Shown here: positions 1 to 13,134 of the stretch, in pieces
Layout of the letters: each line of letters begins with the position of its first letter
Position numbering within the stretch: position 1 is the stretch's first letter
From: Octopus vulgaris
Lineage: Eukaryota
DNA length: 64,000 bases
NCBI GenBank assembly: GCA_951406725.2
Contig: OX597823.1
Location: 1,922,001 to 1,986,000 of the forward strand
Direction: 5' to 3'
The notes under the pieces: generated by a model
Told to the model about the DNA's origin: nothing
Databases searched by the model: none
Seen by the model: the letters and a program-made list of their open reading frames with translations, nothing else
Position numbers and translations under genes: made by a program

Positions 1-1495
1 TGACTTCCTTGTCCCCCAGTAAAGATGAGTACAAAAAGAGAGAATTATTCCATGGAGTACAAGAAGAGTCACATAACAAGAATCTTCAGCTTTCTGTAAG
101 GAGATGTTGGATCTCCGAATGATTCAAAGATGGCGAGCAGAGTACGATAATCTCAGCAGACAAATGGACGAAGGAAGTGCTAAGAAGCACAAGCATGGAT
201 CCGGTCGACAACCGTTATTTTTGGAGCTGGAAGATGTCACTTCGGGATGGATTGCTGACAGAAGGACAAAGGCTTTGGTTGTACATAGGGCTGATATTCA
301 AGAATTTGCTCTTACAATAGCACCACAGTTGGATATACCACCAGAGATATTCAAAGCATCACCTCATTGGTTGGATAACTTCCTTCAGCGATACGAGTTC
401 TCTCTAAGAAGATCAACAACACTGTTCAAAGTGGAGGATGCTGGAGCGATTCAACGTGCACTTGCATTCAAGTCCTTCGTTGAGGGCATTGAATTTTCTA
501 AATACAATCTCTCTAATATAATTGCTATGGATGAAACCTCAGTATTTATGGGCCAAGGATCCAAATCGACAGTTGAACAGACAGGTGCCTTGTCAATCTA
601 CACTGCCTCAATGGGTTACGTAAGTTCAAGAGTTACTTGTATTTTAGCAATTCCTCTTGATGGAACGGAAGTCCCACCTCTTATCATCGCAAAGAGTAAA
701 ACAGAGGAAACAGAATGAGTTTTGGGCATTTATGTCCTTGAAACGGAAAAGGGTTGGTGCACAGAAGTTGTTATAAGAAAATGGGTTGATTTAACTATGC
801 CACTTGTTTTACATGGTTCTCAAAGAGGTCTTTTAGTCTGGGATTCAGCCACTGCTCATCACGCAAAAGATATGAAAACCTTCATTTCTGAAAGAAGAAT
901 TGACCACACAATGATTCTCGTGGGAATGACTCCATATCTACACACGTTAGATCTTGTAATAAACAAGCCCTTCAAGGATTATTTGCTGATGGAAGTGAAT
1001 GAATATGTTGAACATAGAACCGAGAAAAATCAGCGTGGAAACTTTGTCAAATGCAACCTCCAAGAAGTCGTGAATTGGGTGAAGAATTCATGGAATAAAC
1101 TTACCGACAGTTGTGTTGCCAATGCATTACGAGCAGGGTACTTGGACAAAAAGTGTTCATTTAAGGAAAGTTATATTGCCAGACATGAGAGATTGGGATC
1201 CATGATTCTACAGGAAATGGTTTTGCAAGAAATTCAGGGTTTCGATGATTTGTGACGATGTTCCAGAAGAGGATGAAATGTTTGTACTTGACTAAAAACA
1301 ATAAACAAATAAATAAACTTTTGATAACTAAAAACATGGGTTTCCTTTTTACAATTTTTTCCTTTTACACAAGGACATGAGACCTCTTTGTCTTTCTTGG
1401 ATTTTTTCCACAAAAATAAGACATCCCCTGAAAATAATCCCTTTCTTAGATGCAGAATTGATATATGACCAGATCTTATTTTCGGGGAAACACAG
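1..1495 (+). mobile_element. Degenerate pogo-family DNA transposon (CENP-B HTH + DDE_1 transposase, DD35D), left end outside window
   Basis: ORFs 104-718 and 722-1255 are in the same frame, split by one stop. HTH motif FKASPHWLDNFLQRYEFSLRR; catalytic motifs MDET, WDSATAH, LHTLD(LVINKPFK) with 35 residues between D2 and D3. Right TIR-like end tcttattttcggggaaacacag followed by TA at 1496-1497. Confidence 0.9.
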
Positions 1496-1589
1496 TAGAT
1501 CAGCACTAGGAAATATTTCTTAGGTAGAAACACATGAGAGCGAATAGGGGTGGGGCAGGTTTGCTTCAAAGATAGGCATTCACTGCCCG

Positions 1590-1780
1590 TCTGGCTCCTG
1601 TGCCAGTGGCACATTAAAGCACCCACTAAACTCTTGGAGCGGTTGGCGTTAGGAAGGGTATCTAGCTGTAGAAACCGTGCTTGGCGCAGCCTTCTGGCTC
1701 ACCAGTCCTCAGTCAAACCGTCCAACCCCTGCCAGCATGGAAAGCGGATGTTAGATGACGACGATGATGATGATGATGAT
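1590..1780 (+). mobile_element. SINE-like repeat, (GAT)n-tailed family (3' part)
   Basis: Shares gcacccacta...ggcgttaggaaggg.at.cagctgtagaaa...ccaaccc..gc.agcatggaa...(gat)n with copies at 6640-6910, 12728-13084 and 13233-13394. Confidence 0.75.
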
Positions 1781-2175
1781 TTTGAACAAAAAGTAATGTA
1801 ACAGAAATAAAATGACTGAGAAACAATATTTAAAGAAAAAAATAAAAGAAAAAGCAACAAGTCCTGGTTTTGTTGGGGAAGAAGACATTTGTTGAGTGAA
1901 GCGGATTCCATGTGATCCTGGAAAGGAAAATGGCAAATGCAAAGGGAGTCGGAGGGGGAAATGTATTGAAAGGGGAAGAATAGGAGAGAGGAGGGGGGAG
2001 GGGGATGAGGAGGAGGGGAGCGAGAAGACAGACAGACAGACAGACAAAGAAAGAAAGAAAGAGAAATTGTGAGTGCAGGTGGGAAAAGAACATATGGCAT
2101 GGAATGGCAGGACCTGCAAAAAGAAAAGGACTGGTTGTTAAGAGAAGGTTAGTGGTGGTGGTGGTGGTGGTAGTT

Positions 2176-2215
<40 letters not shown>

Positions 2216-2451
2216 GTACGTTAGTGTGTGTGCTTTTGTATTTATGTGTTTGTTGTCACTGATGTTGCTTAGCTCCTAATCAATGAAACCAACGATCAAA
2301 GACGTTCCACTCATGACCATCACATGTTAATCTATCAAAAAATAAACTGTCCCAACATGTCCCTCCCCTTTCAGAGAGGATAGGGAGATTGGCTTGCTAT
2401 TTCTAGCAGACCAGGCAACCACATAGACAATCCCTGGTTTTGTGGGCTTGT

Positions 2452-2490
<39 letters not shown>

Positions 2491-2762
2491 TGGAAGAAAG
2501 AGAGAGGGGGAGGAAAGAGAGAGAGAGAGAGCGGGAGAGAGACCTAATTCAAGCAGGGTTATGATCATGGATACTCCATCCATGACTTCCTCACCTTTTT
2601 CTGTTTTACACAATTTTTTTGTGTCCTTTGTTTATTAAGACAAAAAAAATGTGAAGTGAGGGAGATCTAGCTGCTCTTTCAAGCAAACTGAGTCTCTCCT
2701 ACATTCGCTCCTAAAGTGAAGTGTCTGAATGTGGTGTGTAATATATGAGTAATGTGTGTGTG

Positions 2763-2795
<33 letters not shown>

Positions 2796-2909
2796 ATGTG
2801 TGTGTGTGATGTACAAGTAGTATATGTGTGCGTATGCGTGTTTGTGCGTGTATGTGTGTTTCTCTATGTATGTGACAGTGAATAGTGAGTTGTGTTTGTG
2901 ATGTGTATG

Positions 2910-2944
<35 letters not shown>

Positions 2945-3786
2945 GTGTAATGCAAGTGTGGGGGGTTAGGGGGTCAGGGAGTGTATAGAGGGTTGTTTTC
3001 TGTGCTACAGTGGATGTGTTAAGTCTCTATGCTATGTGTATTCACACACACACACACACACACACAGCCAGCTCCCCTTTTATACATCCAATGTCATTAA
3101 ATGTGGTTGTCGTGACGGGGTGAAGGGGTGGAGGGGGGGTCCCACTCTAACTCACCCCCACCCCCTCACCCCACCCCACACACATTTCACAGTTGCTGTC
3201 CTTCAATTCTATTCACATCCAATCTTGATAGTCTGAAATCCCAGGACCTTTTTGAAAAGAAGACAGGAAAAGGAGGGAACCTTTATCAAGGAAGTAAGGG
3301 GAGATGAAAGGGGAGAAAGGGGACAGAGGGGGTAGTGAAAGACTGCAGTATTTAAAGTGTGTCTGGTTGATATGGTTTTAGGTGTATATAGACAGTGAAG
3401 TTGGTGGTGGTGGTCGTGGCGGCTTGTTGCCAAGTGACTGCTCAAGTGGAGGTCAGAGTGAATGTGGGACACAGATTGTGTAAGCCACAGGAATGTGTTT
3501 GTCCCATTCGCAAAAGTGTGTGGGGGGGGAAGGGCGATTGGGGAGGAAGGACTGTCTGCCAATGACAGTCTCTCCTAAGGATTGTCTCTCTACAAACAGT
3601 ATCTCAAAATAACTTCAATCTCTTCAAGGTGTCTCTTAAGTGAATCTGCTAAACTACAGCAACACACACCTCCCCCCCTGACACACCTCCCCCCTGACAC
3701 CCCCCACCATCATCACTATAACAACCGATGCTCCATTCATCCCTCAACACCATCATCAGCAGCAGCAGCATCACCGCCATTTCCGT

Positions 3787-4150
3787 CTTTTTCACTTGTT
3801 TCAGTTGTTAGGCTACGGCCATGCTGGGGCACCGTCTCGAAGAACTTTTAGTCAAACGAACCAACCCCAGCACGTCTTTTTTCTTTTTAAGCCTGGTACT
3901 TTTTCTATCGATCTCTCTTGCCAAACTGCTAAGTTATGAGAACATAAACACACCAACACCAGTTGCCAAGTAGTGGAGGGGGGGATCAAAGACACACACA
4001 TACATACAACAGGCTTCTTTCAGTTTCCATTGACCAAATCTACTCACAAAGCTTTGGTCAACTCATTGCCCAAGGTACCACGCAGTGGGACTGAACCCGG
4101 AACTGTGTGGCTGGGAAGCAAACCTCTTACTACACACCCACATCTGCACC
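3787..4150 (-). mobile_element. tRNA-derived SINE (degenerate)
   Basis: Reverse complement of the family at 18722-19081, 20209-20535 and 59105-59487; same head and GGTGC..CAGCATGGCC tail. Confidence 0.7.
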
Positions 4151-6094
4151 ACACACTTACACACTACCACCACCGCTGCCGCCACCCATTTATGCTTCTC
4201 TCAGAGACCAAGTTCTCATCCTCAGACAAAACCAGTGAATATTTTTCAGTCCAGAAAGCAAGGAAAATGTCGAGGCTCCATTTGAAGAGAAAACCAATCT
4301 GAGAGTTTAGGAAAGACTTTGGTAGGTTGAACCCTTCCATCACCTCTGACCCTATTTTATTGAGCCCTGTAGGGGTGATTACCAACAGAAACTAAATCCC
4401 ATTTAAAAGGTATTTAGCTGGGATCCTCTCTGTTTCCCAACCAACAGGAAAACCTCAACAGCTGTCATGGATAATCCTTTGGCTCATGGGACTTTCTGAC
4501 AAAATGCATGAAACATCATCTTGAATTCTTTGCGTCCACCTGATGATGAGCCATGTCTCATGCAGCCAACTTCTTTCTATAAAGTTACTTGACCTGCTAG
4601 AAATAGCAACCAAATCTTCTTCAAACGACATGTTTCAGTCTTCGAAAGGAATATGTCGTACAATGAGGTCTTGAGTTCCCTGCATATAATGGTTGGAGGA
4701 ACTTTCATCATCGGTCTACTTGACTGGAGCTAATCGAAATCAAAACTAACAATTGAAACCTCAAAAAAAAGGGAACAAAAACCACACAAACCACCCCTAA
4801 AAAGGGCAACATCAACAATAAATAAACTACAAACATAAACACAAACATATCAGAAACATTAATAGCTTCATTAGACCATAAATTAGTGTCTCGTTAATTA
4901 AGTAAAGTAATTAGTCTCTCATGAATAACATCATTAGACCAAGATACTGTAACGGTGGCGGGGGAGATGCACCATTAATGGAACAGCCGTTATAAAAAAT
5001 AATAATTGGCAAGAGATGCTCTGGCAGAATAAACTCTACTGCAGTAAGTTCTCAGGAAAGGATCGCTCTTACTGGCTTTTAGTGCAGAATGCAGGCTTGT
5101 TTGTTTATATTACAAGCAGGGAGATAACTCCTCACCAACTCCAGTGACAAAGCCACCACATCACATGATTTCAATCTTCCTTGATCTCATCAGTGATGGA
5201 CGCTCGACAGTGAGGGATAGCAGCGACTCACCTTCACGCTAGGGATATACAGAAAATCCATTCCTGACCAGGCACTGGTGTTGTGATTCGTGACAGAAGC
5301 AGTATTGATATTGAGAAGGAATATTTATCTCCACATAAACGTGGATGTTCCGTTAGAACAGACTTTACTGTGATAGCAGCCATGAGAGAACCTCATTTGT
5401 ATCACTAGCAGCAACGAGATAAACTTTGCACCAAAAGCCAAGATGAGAGATTCTCTCAGGGTTATTGCTGCAGTATGGTCTGTTCTAACAGAACATTTCA
5501 AGTTTCAGTGAGGATAAATATTAGCAACTGTTATGTTCTAACTGACTAAGTCCACCTTGGTAGCATTGGAGAAGTACATGTTTAATGTACCCCATTAAGC
5601 ACCAGATTTTGGGGTGGGTCACAAAGCCACCACCATACACTGCAGAAATAGACTGGACATGTGGTCTTTTAGTAAATTAATTTGGTATCTAAAAGACCAC
5701 AATAAACAATTTAATTTAGATTGCTTGATTCTCTCATTTTCAATACCTTATGATAAAGGCAAGGAATTCTGTCTTCTCTGAAATTCTGAGTTATTTTTCA
5801 TGATCTTTTCAAAAAATCCCCTCGTAAACACAGTTATAGAGAGAGCATACCAATGTAAACATTGGCAAAAACACACATTTAGTGCATATAAGTAATCTCT
5901 ATCATTATATATAATTTAAACATTAATATTTTCTTCTTACATTTCACATTCACAAGATATATCTTTTTCCAAGACTTTAGGGTTTTATTTAATTTACATA
6001 TCGTTATATACTTCTCATTTATTTCACAACCTGAACCACAAGTAATACAGCTCCTAACTTACCTGTAATCAACTCAACACATATTACCTGACAA

Positions 6095-6478
6095 TATGTG
6101 GCTGACACACAATGCTTAGCAAACGGGGGAGAATGCTGAGCAGAATTTAGTCTGTCTTTATGGTCTGAGTTGAACTTTGCCTTTCATCCTTTTGGGATTG
6201 ATAAAATAAGTACCAGTTGCATACTGGGGTCAATATAATTGACTCCCCCACCCCCAAACTTGCTGTCCTTCTGCCAATATATTCTTTTCTATTCTAGGCA
6301 CAAGGCCCAACATTTGGGGGGAAGGGGTCAGTCAATTAGATTGACCCCAGTAAGCAACTGGTACTTAATTCATAGACCCCCGAAAGGATGAAAGGCAAAG
6401 TCAACCTCAACAGAATTTGAACTCAGAACGTAAAGACAGGTGAAATACCACTAACGATTCTACCAGCTCACCACCTTC
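6095..6478. mobile_element. Two copies of a second tRNA-head SINE family, tail-to-tail (about 6095-6280 + and 6285-6478 -)
   Basis: Both contain the core ctttgcctttcatccttt.ggg..gataa...aagtaccagtt...ctggggtc, in opposite orientations; same family as 28189-28410. Confidence 0.7.
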
Positions 6479-6639
6479 TTGTGCCAATACATTAATATAT
6501 CAATGGTAAAACATATGGAAGAATTTGTCTCCAAACTCCAATGTTTTCAGATCCAACCAGATTCTCTGGCCACTAAACTCAGATTTTTCACCCAGCATGC
6601 ATCATCTTTGAACTTTATTATTATACACCAACATCACTT

Positions 6640-6910
6640 CATTGGCACCTGCGTCGGTGGCACGTGTAAAAAGATTTGAGCGAGGTCATTGCCAGTACCA
6701 CCTGACTGGCCCCCATGCAGGTGGCACGTAAAAAGCACCCACTACACTCTTGGAGTGGTTGACGTTAGGAAGGGCATCCAGCTGTAGAAACTCTGCCAGA
6801 TCAAGACTGGAGCCAGGTGCAGCCATCTGGTTGCCAGCCCTCAGTCAAAACCGTCCAACCCATGCTAGCATGGAAGGCGGACGTTAAGCGATGATGATGA
6901 TGATGATGAC
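6640..6910 (+). mobile_element. SINE-like repeat, (GAT)n-tailed family
   Basis: ggtggcacgtaaaaagcacccactacactc...catgctagcatggaaggcggacgttaagc(gat)n. Confidence 0.8.
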
Positions 6911-7167
6911 ACCAATATCAAAGTCATTTGGACCCAACACAACTGCTCCTTAAATTATGTTTTAACACCTCACTTTCAATTAAACCACTTCGCTTGCCCT
7001 TATTTTTGCTAATGAACAACATTTATACTTCTATGTAAACAGAGACTTCAAAGTCACTCTCAACCTTTTCCTTGTAAAAATTGAATAAATATGATCCCCT
7101 ACTAAAAAGTGCTGAGCAATCTTTGAACTTAAATGTTAAATTGTTTTTGTATACAACCTGACATTAA

Positions 7168-7380
7168 CCCTTTCAATACCAACCCGGCTGAAGCTGCCTC
7201 TGACTCTCTAGGACAAATGTCTTGTTTCCATAAGTTTTGAATTAAAATCTTCCACCAAACAATTTATGTTCCTAACACTAGCTGAATGATAACCAAGTTA
7301 TTTTACTAGATTCTTTGTTATATTTAAAATTAATTGAAAGAAACAGAGAGAATCTCAACAAAAATATGGTAACGAAAGGG
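7168..7380. mobile_element. piggyBac-type MITE
   Basis: TTAA|CCCTTTCAATACC ... GGTAACGAAAGGG|TTAA: TTAA target duplication (7164-7167, 7381-7384) and CCC/GGG termini, no ORF. Confidence 0.75.
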
Positions 7381-7404
7381 TTAAAAGAAATAATAAATGT
7401 GTGC

Positions 7405-7452
<48 letters not shown>

Positions 7453-7704
7453 GAATGTACGTCTGTCTGTCTGTATGAATGTATGCATGAGAAAGTAAAT
7501 AAAAAAAGCGTATTGTTATTTAAAACTGATGGGAAAAAAAGAAATCAAGAAAAGATTAGAGGAATCCCTAAATTGAAGCCCAGCATAAGTTTAACGACAA
7601 CAACAACAACAGCAACTGTCCCCTTCAGCTGCCATTATGTAGAATGGTGAGGGATAAAGGAAAAGGCTAACACATTTCAGTGCTTCCTGTGTTAGAAAAC
7701 AAAC

Positions 7705-7857
7705 CTGGATTTTATTCCTCCTCCTGTGTTCGGCATTGATATGAGAGACTCTTTTATGGCGAGGAAGTGGGTTCGTTTGTCGTCCAGGTTTCTTACCATT
7801 CTTAGGTTCTGGTGACGGTGTGGGGGAAGATAAAGAGTCAGTGTTAGACAGAATCAT
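7705..7857 (-). CDS. Coding exon of a class-B bHLH transcription factor (basic region and start of helix 1; Mlx/Mondo/USF-like)
   Basis: tttttcag|ATG acceptor and CAG|gtttgt donor, 153 nt, phase 0/0. Encodes MILSNTDSLSSPTPSPEPKNGKKPGRQTNPLPRHKRVSHINAEHRRRNKIQ with the H-x3-E-x3-R signature of CACGTG-binding bHLHs. The next exon was not found in the window. Confidence 0.85.
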
Positions 7858-8059
7858 CTGAAAAATACACAGAAAATCACTATTATTCACCTGTGATGCT
7901 AAAAAAAACACATGCAAATGAGAATATTGGCAGATCTCTTATCATTATTAGTTATAGAACAATTTTGGTAGCTACAACATGATGGGAATGGACTTGACAA
8001 CAACCTTGGCCACCACCTTTTTGAATTTCATGTCTAACACTCTCCTGGACCTGCTTACA

Positions 8060-8380
8060 GAATCAAAACACAAAACACAGCACCCGTGACTTTCAGAAAC
8101 AATTTTCAGACTCAGAATTGCTGAAGCATGGAATAAATTACCCACATCAGTTGTCAGCTGTCAGCTGACACTGCATCCTTCAAAACTTGCTTCCTGAAAT
8201 CTGCCAACAAATACACCTGATGCCCCCTGTTATTTTTTTTTTTTAAACAATTCATTCACTGTTCCCTTCCTGTGCATTACTCTGTGTCTTCAGCATAAAC
8301 GTTTCGCTACCTTTTCTGATGTGTTGTATGGCACCTGAGCACTGCAAACAATCACTTCACAATTATTACAGGTATTACAA
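8060..8380 (+). mobile_element. CR1/L2-like LINE 3' fragment
   Basis: Degenerate translation FRNNF..LRIAEAWNKLPTSVVSC..ASFK resembles the CR1 ORF2 C-terminus (RV..WN.LP..VV...SFK). Confidence 0.55.
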
Positions 8381-10259
8381 TATTGAGTGAACATTGTATT
8401 ATCTCTTTTAATCTGTCTGCAGAAAGAAAAAAGTTTTTTTATTATAAACAAGTACTGTCTACAAGTAGTGAAACTCACAGCTTGTTGCCTGGTTCTCAGC
8501 CAGAGATTTTCATGTTAAGGTCTCAGTGAGTAGATCCCTTATTTTATGACCATACCAAACCTGTGAAGTTAGTTAGGTCATCTGAGTATATTAATTACAA
8601 TAATCCAGCTTTGATCAAACTTGACCAAGGTGAGTCAACAACAATAACCTGCCAAGTTTCTAGTTCCATATCACATCAAATGAAATGACAAACAGTTACC
8701 ATGGGAACATGAACTGGCTGGAATTGAAGTCATCATTATCACCGTGAGAGAGAAAATCATTTTGGCTCAGAACAGTCAATCAGAACCTTTTGTAACGAAG
8801 ACACCTTAATCACTGAATGACATTTTGCAAACAAAAAAAAAACAAAAATAGATTATCTCTTTTAATCAAACAGAAACTAATTTTTTCAAGTTGTTTATGA
8901 ATCCATATCTTTTTATACTGTCCCATGTCTTTTCAGATATTTGCATGGGCTAATGCCCCCGTCAGGTGAAGGATCTCATCACAGGCTGATGAGACCTGCT
9001 ACTGGCACCATGTAAACCTGTTTCCTGGTTGAATGGTCAGCAACTGGTGCCCCCTACTTAAATGGCTTACTCCACTTGTGAGGAGGGTGTCTGGACAAGC
9101 AGTAAGATTGAAAACAAGATTTGTCAAAGGGCACGTGAGCTCCTTGTTGGCCGACAGCCATCCAGTTGGGGAATGCAATGGCAAATCCCCATAATATCTC
9201 TGCCAAGTAAACACTATGAGAAAGTCAGAAGAAAGTCACTTTTGCTGTAGTGTCATCAACACATTGCAAAAAGTGCCCCTGGGTTCAGTTTTGTAGAAAT
9301 TTCTAAAGAAAGTAGAAAGTTCTAAAACAAAATTATATTGGAGACATCATCAGTCGTGTTTCTGCTCACTTCTAACACAATGTCCTTCAATATAGAGACA
9401 TTTGTGTGGACTAGTGCCCTTTATGCTAAATTTCTTAAGAAGGCAGAGGCTTTTGTAATGAAATTATATTGGACCTTGGTATAACATCAAAGTCATGTTT
9501 CTCTTCACTGATAACACAATGCCATAGGTTTTATTCAAAAATGTGTTTAAAATAGAATTATTGTTCATGGTTTAGGACATTTTATTTCTAAAACCACACC
9601 CTCTCCTCCAAACACCTCACCCCCACAGCACCTCCTAGACAAATGTCACCTTCTCAAGAGTCCCCAAGGTCTCACACAGGGCACAACCACTCAGGTTACC
9701 TTCCAACGATTTAGACCCACTTATGACACTCTGCTTCATGGCATTAAAATGGTGATCCTTGCAGGGAAGGAGCAACTACCATTAAACATTTTCACTCCAT
9801 ATTATTTAAGCAAGATATCTTAATTCACAGAATCCATCTTCGAAGTGGTGATGAAAGCAGAAACTAAACTCAACATTGCAGGTTAATCAAATATTCTTCA
9901 GACTCAGATTTCTGCCATTGCTTAGCAACAAGCTTTTTCCCATTGGCTAAACTCAAGACACAATGCTGGCATCTTGGCTTTGAGATATCCCGTCTCCTCA
10001 ATTATTAGCCATCTATACTAAGGTACACAATAACCAATGACAAGGTCTAGATTCTACATCTCCCATGTATGACCTTGTTTCCTAAGGCAGGACACAGTCT
10101 CTCATGTGCCTCTAACATGTCTTACAAGTGTTTTTATTACCAACACCAAGCACCTACATCTTACGATTCTCTATTGTTCTGTAGGTTCTTTTAGTTTCCT
10201 TTAGAAACTTGAAGAAAAGTAATGCTGAAAATAGTAAATGTTCAAAGCCCACCTCTTTT

Positions 10260-10340
10260 ATTTAGGATTAACTAAAAGACTTTTCCAGGTGGTGCTACTG
10301 AGTTAGTCATGGCCAAAACCAATTTAAGTTATCTAAGTTA
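10260..10340 (+). mobile_element. 3' tail remnant of the LINE family seen at 39731-40100
   Basis: ggtggtgctactgagttagtcatggcc...ttatctaagtt matches ggggtgctattaagttagacatggcc...atatctaagtt at about 40031-40090. Confidence 0.55.
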
Positions 10341-10345
10341 TATAT

Positions 10346-10848
10346 ATTTAAGGACAGCATAAGGACTACTATGAAGTCACTGGAAAACCGTTGCTTCGGA
10401 TCGAGTTGGATGGCGAACAAAGGTGTGGAGTGAAAGCATTTGAAGAGGCCAGGATAACACAAGTAAGACTCAAAAGAGGTCCAAGGAAGGATGTCACGAT
10501 CGAGACGGTGAATCACAATGTCTTTCTTTTGTGCTGGGCTCAGATCTCATTTGCGAACCCATGGAAAACGAACCTCCACCAACTATTCTGCCTATATGTC
10601 TGTGCACACCTTTGAATGCAAGGTATGCCTGAAGGTTTGCAAATCCAACGGAGGATTCAAAAGACATTTGAGGATCCACAAAGATTAGAATTTAACTGCA
10701 GCTCTTGGTGGTCCAAATCAGAGGTGCAATCTAGGTGGGTGTCTTTTCAGAACACTGTCTGGTTTAAAAAGCTACATCAGACACCATGATGGACCTAAGG
10801 TGTCTATACAGAAGGTGATCAGACTCTGCATAAGGAGTAGACACCCAC
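10346..10848 (+). mobile_element. RTE-clade LINE 3' fragment with C-terminal C2H2 fingers
   Basis: Frameshifted SDRVGWRTKVW/GVKAFEEARITQVRLKR (RTE C-terminal pattern), then CKVCLKVCKSNGGFKRHLRIH and a second degenerate finger. Flanked by (TA)n. Confidence 0.7.
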
Positions 10849-10905
10849 CATATATATATATATATATATATTATCCGAAATGTATAGTATTAAATATCCA
10901 TCATG

Positions 10906-10995
10906 GCTGGTCTTACCAATCAGTTTCGTGTAAAGACTACAATGGAGTGTTAGGTAACAAACCAATCATATAACTTTACGCTCATCAGAGTCAGC
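10906..10995 (-). ncRNA. Type I hammerhead ribozyme motif
   Basis: Minus strand reads GCUG-A-CU|CUGAUGA|GCGUAAAG...CUUUACAC|GAAA|CU-GAUU-GG|UA^AG-AC-CAGC. All core nucleotides present and stems I, II and III can be drawn. Confidence 0.7.
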
Positions 10996-11844
10996 TGATC
11001 ACCATAGAAAGGAATGTGGTGACTGCTCTCTCAGTGAATATATTTTATACAATCATCATTTTAACGTCTGCTCTTCCATGCTTGCATGTGTCAGACAGAA
11101 TTTGTTGAAGCAGATTCTCTCTTGCTGGATGTCCTTCCAGTCACCAGCCCTTAACTGCTTCCAAACAAGGAAATATTTTCCCAGGGGTGGCCAGACATGG
11201 CTTGGCAGAAGATTGGAAAGGAATATTGATTTACAGCAATCACTTGATATCAAGATAAGGAGAAACAAACATTTACAAATACACATAGATGTATACAATG
11301 GACTTCTTCAGCTTCCATCTACCAAATCCATTAACAAAACTTTGGTCTGCCTGAGGCTAGGGTAGAAAAGAGACACCCACCCAGGGTACCCGGCAGTGAG
11401 ACTGAACCCAAAATCATTTGATTGAGAGGGAAATTTAACTATGGAAATGGTAAAAATTGAAAGCTGAAGGCTAACAACTTTGTTATTCTCCCATAAATTT
11501 GTTAAATGTTTTCTAATGTTGCAGTCAGGTCCAGTTAAGTGTGGTCGGGGTCACACACCATTGCAGTGTGTTGCTGCATTCACCATTTGTTGGTATATTC
11601 CCAGGTTGTCTTGGGCAACCTAGCCAGTCCCCACCTCTGTGAGATACCTCCTCAACTGCTGTGACTATATGGCATGTTGTTGACCAATACCAGCTGTCAA
11701 CCAAGCCAGACCCTCAGTGAAGAGAATACAATAAGTAGGGTCTAACTCAGAAAACTCAAGCAACATGGCCAAACAGTTCTGAGCCCGGGGGGTGGGGGCT
11801 GAATCATACAAGTAACAAGACACGTCCTAGTCTCTAAACAGAAT

Positions 11845-12050
11845 TACTGGTTGGATACAAAATCCATCCAAGAGCAACCCATGATCTTGCGAAACATCCT
11901 GAGGCTGAAGGAGTTCAGGAAGTTCCCAAGAACCCTGGACAGTGTTCCTAAGGACCCTGGACAGTGTTCAGGTCTCACAACTCTTGTGTAATGTTGCAGT
12001 TCTGGGTTAAAATTCTTCTGGAGAATATAGTTTTGAGGTGGCTGGGCCCC
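11845..12050 (-). mobile_element. RTE-type reverse transcriptase fragment
   Basis: LHKSCET*TLS...LNSFSLRMFRKIMGCSWMDFVSN resembles LLYGCETWTL...F...LR.I.GI.W.D.VSN; includes a 22-bp internal tandem duplication. Confidence 0.7.
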
Positions 12051-12727
12051 AGCAAACTGAGGACATGGAAATGAAAGTTTCAATGATATTCTTAAAATCC
12101 AGTCAACTTAGGGACCCATCAGCTCCAGATTTGCAAAGATAAATTATCATTGATACTAAATATAATGATACACATGACTAAGAAAACAGAGTAAAGAGAC
12201 AAGAGAGGTCAGAGGTGTGTCTCCAGTCAAGCAACACTGCATTTTATTGTACGCTGGACCAGGACACTCAATACTTAAATGATGCAGTCTAGCTGTAATT
12301 AAATACCACAAGGTATCAACAACTCACCACTGTAAACAGTGGCAGCATAGTAAAATTGACAAATGGTTCATAAGTCAGTAGCGTAAAGTTCAATGGTTCT
12401 TATGGACTTTGAATAATCTTTGGACTTGCTGCAAGAAAACTGCCAACGAGCAACCGACTCATAGAACTCTCTGGAACACCTAATTGTTTCAGTCATTAGA
12501 TTGTGGCCATACTGGGGCACTGCTTTGAGGAATTTTAACCAAATGAATCGGCCCCCAACTCTTTTTTTTTAAACTTGATACTTTTTCTGTCTCCTTTGCT
12601 GAACTGTTAAGTCACAGTGGTGTAAACAACACCAGTTGTCAAGCAGCAGCCAGGGACAAACGCACAAAGTCACCCACATAACCACCCGCCTACCAACTCA
12701 CATACTTATATAGATACATAAATATAT

Positions 12728-13092
12728 CATCATCATCGTTTAACGTCCGTTTTCCATGCTAGCACGGGTTGGACGGTTCGACCGGGGTCTGGGAAGCCAG
12801 GAGGCTGCACCAGGCTCCAGTCTGATCTGGCAGTGTTTCTACAGCTGGATGCCCTTCCTAACGCCAACCACTCCGCGAGCGTAGTGGGTGCTTTTTACGT
12901 GCCACCGGCACAGGTGCCAGGGGAGTCTGGCATCGGCCACGATCGGTTGGTGCTTTTAACGTGCCACCGGCACGGAAGCCAGCCAAGGCGGCGCTGGCAT
13001 TGGCCACGTTCGGATGGTGCTTTTTATGTGCCACCGGCACAGAAGCCAGTCAAGGCGGCGCTGGCAACGGCCACGTTCGGATGGGATATATA

Positions 13093-13134
<42 letters not shown>

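Noticed and set aside
1800-7700. Search for the loop/helix-2 exon of the bHLH gene (donor-like sites near 5231 and 6062)
   Set aside because: No frame gave an HLH continuation such as L..LVP...SKA.IL; the exon probably lies left of the window.
12888-13084. Regular repeats resembling a CRISPR array
   Set aside because: Internal tandem units of a SINE with similar, not unique, spacers; eukaryotic context and no cas genes.
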